A stretch of DNA of 64,000 nt from Polymyxa betae A26-41 (taxonomy: Eukaryota; Protista; Endomyxa: Phytomyxea), in assembly GCA_003693705.1 (NCBI GenBank), contig RBZT01000771.1, forward strand, positions 43,592 to 107,591. Direction: 5' to 3'. This document shows, piece after piece, positions 63,927 to 64,000 of this stretch. Every line of letters starts with the position of its first letter. Within the stretch, counting starts at the first letter, position 1. Under the pieces are notes generated by a model. The model had not been told where the DNA came from, made no database searches, and worked only from the letters and a program-made list of their open reading frames with translations. Position numbers and translations under genes: made by a program.

Positions 63927-64000
63927 TTAGGGTTTAGGGGGTATTTAGGGTTAGGGTTAGGGTTAGGGTTTAGGGTTTAGGGTTTTGGTTAGGGTTAGGG
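63927..64000 (+). repeat. Telomere-type repeat array (mixed TTAGGG/TTTAGGG), running off the window
   Basis: About 11 G-rich units with degenerate proximal copies; the G-strand points toward the right end. Confidence 0.85.

Overview
Gene-dense eukaryotic (protist-type) genomic DNA with many short (~45-70 bp) GT-AG introns, very short intergenic gaps and a mixed TTAGGG/TTTAGGG array at the right edge. The style fits a compact protist genome such as a plasmodiophorid; that is inference only. About 25 genes are present. Housekeeping and signalling genes include PIMT, TSC2-like RapGAP, PH-RhoGAP, NDUFA5, RFC2, an ARM-repeat protein, COP-zeta, NDUFB3, M17 aminopeptidase, NAP/SET, TBC RabGAP, SDA1, a CDCA7-type zinc finger, RRS1, a NOP2/Sun methyltransferase, gamma-glutamyl hydrolase, HYOU1, a CEP76-like gene, DPH4 and ZPR1. 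The stand-out items are: (1) a birth-and-death family of 7TM-RGS receptor-GAPs (3 intact, 1 frameshifted, 1 small relic), three of which sandwich an intron-free, catalytically complete Argonaute on the same strand; (2) a p400/SWR1-like HSA-SNF2-SANT gene whose ATPase motifs look dead; (3) a class V aminotransferase lacking the PLP lysine; (4) an ankyrin-FYVE protein ending in a TM-less R-SNARE motif; (5) a decayed Ty3/gypsy gag plus a Harbinger-like MITE next to an orphan secreted protein. All exon boundaries and family calls were made by eye and are approximate; no searches were run.
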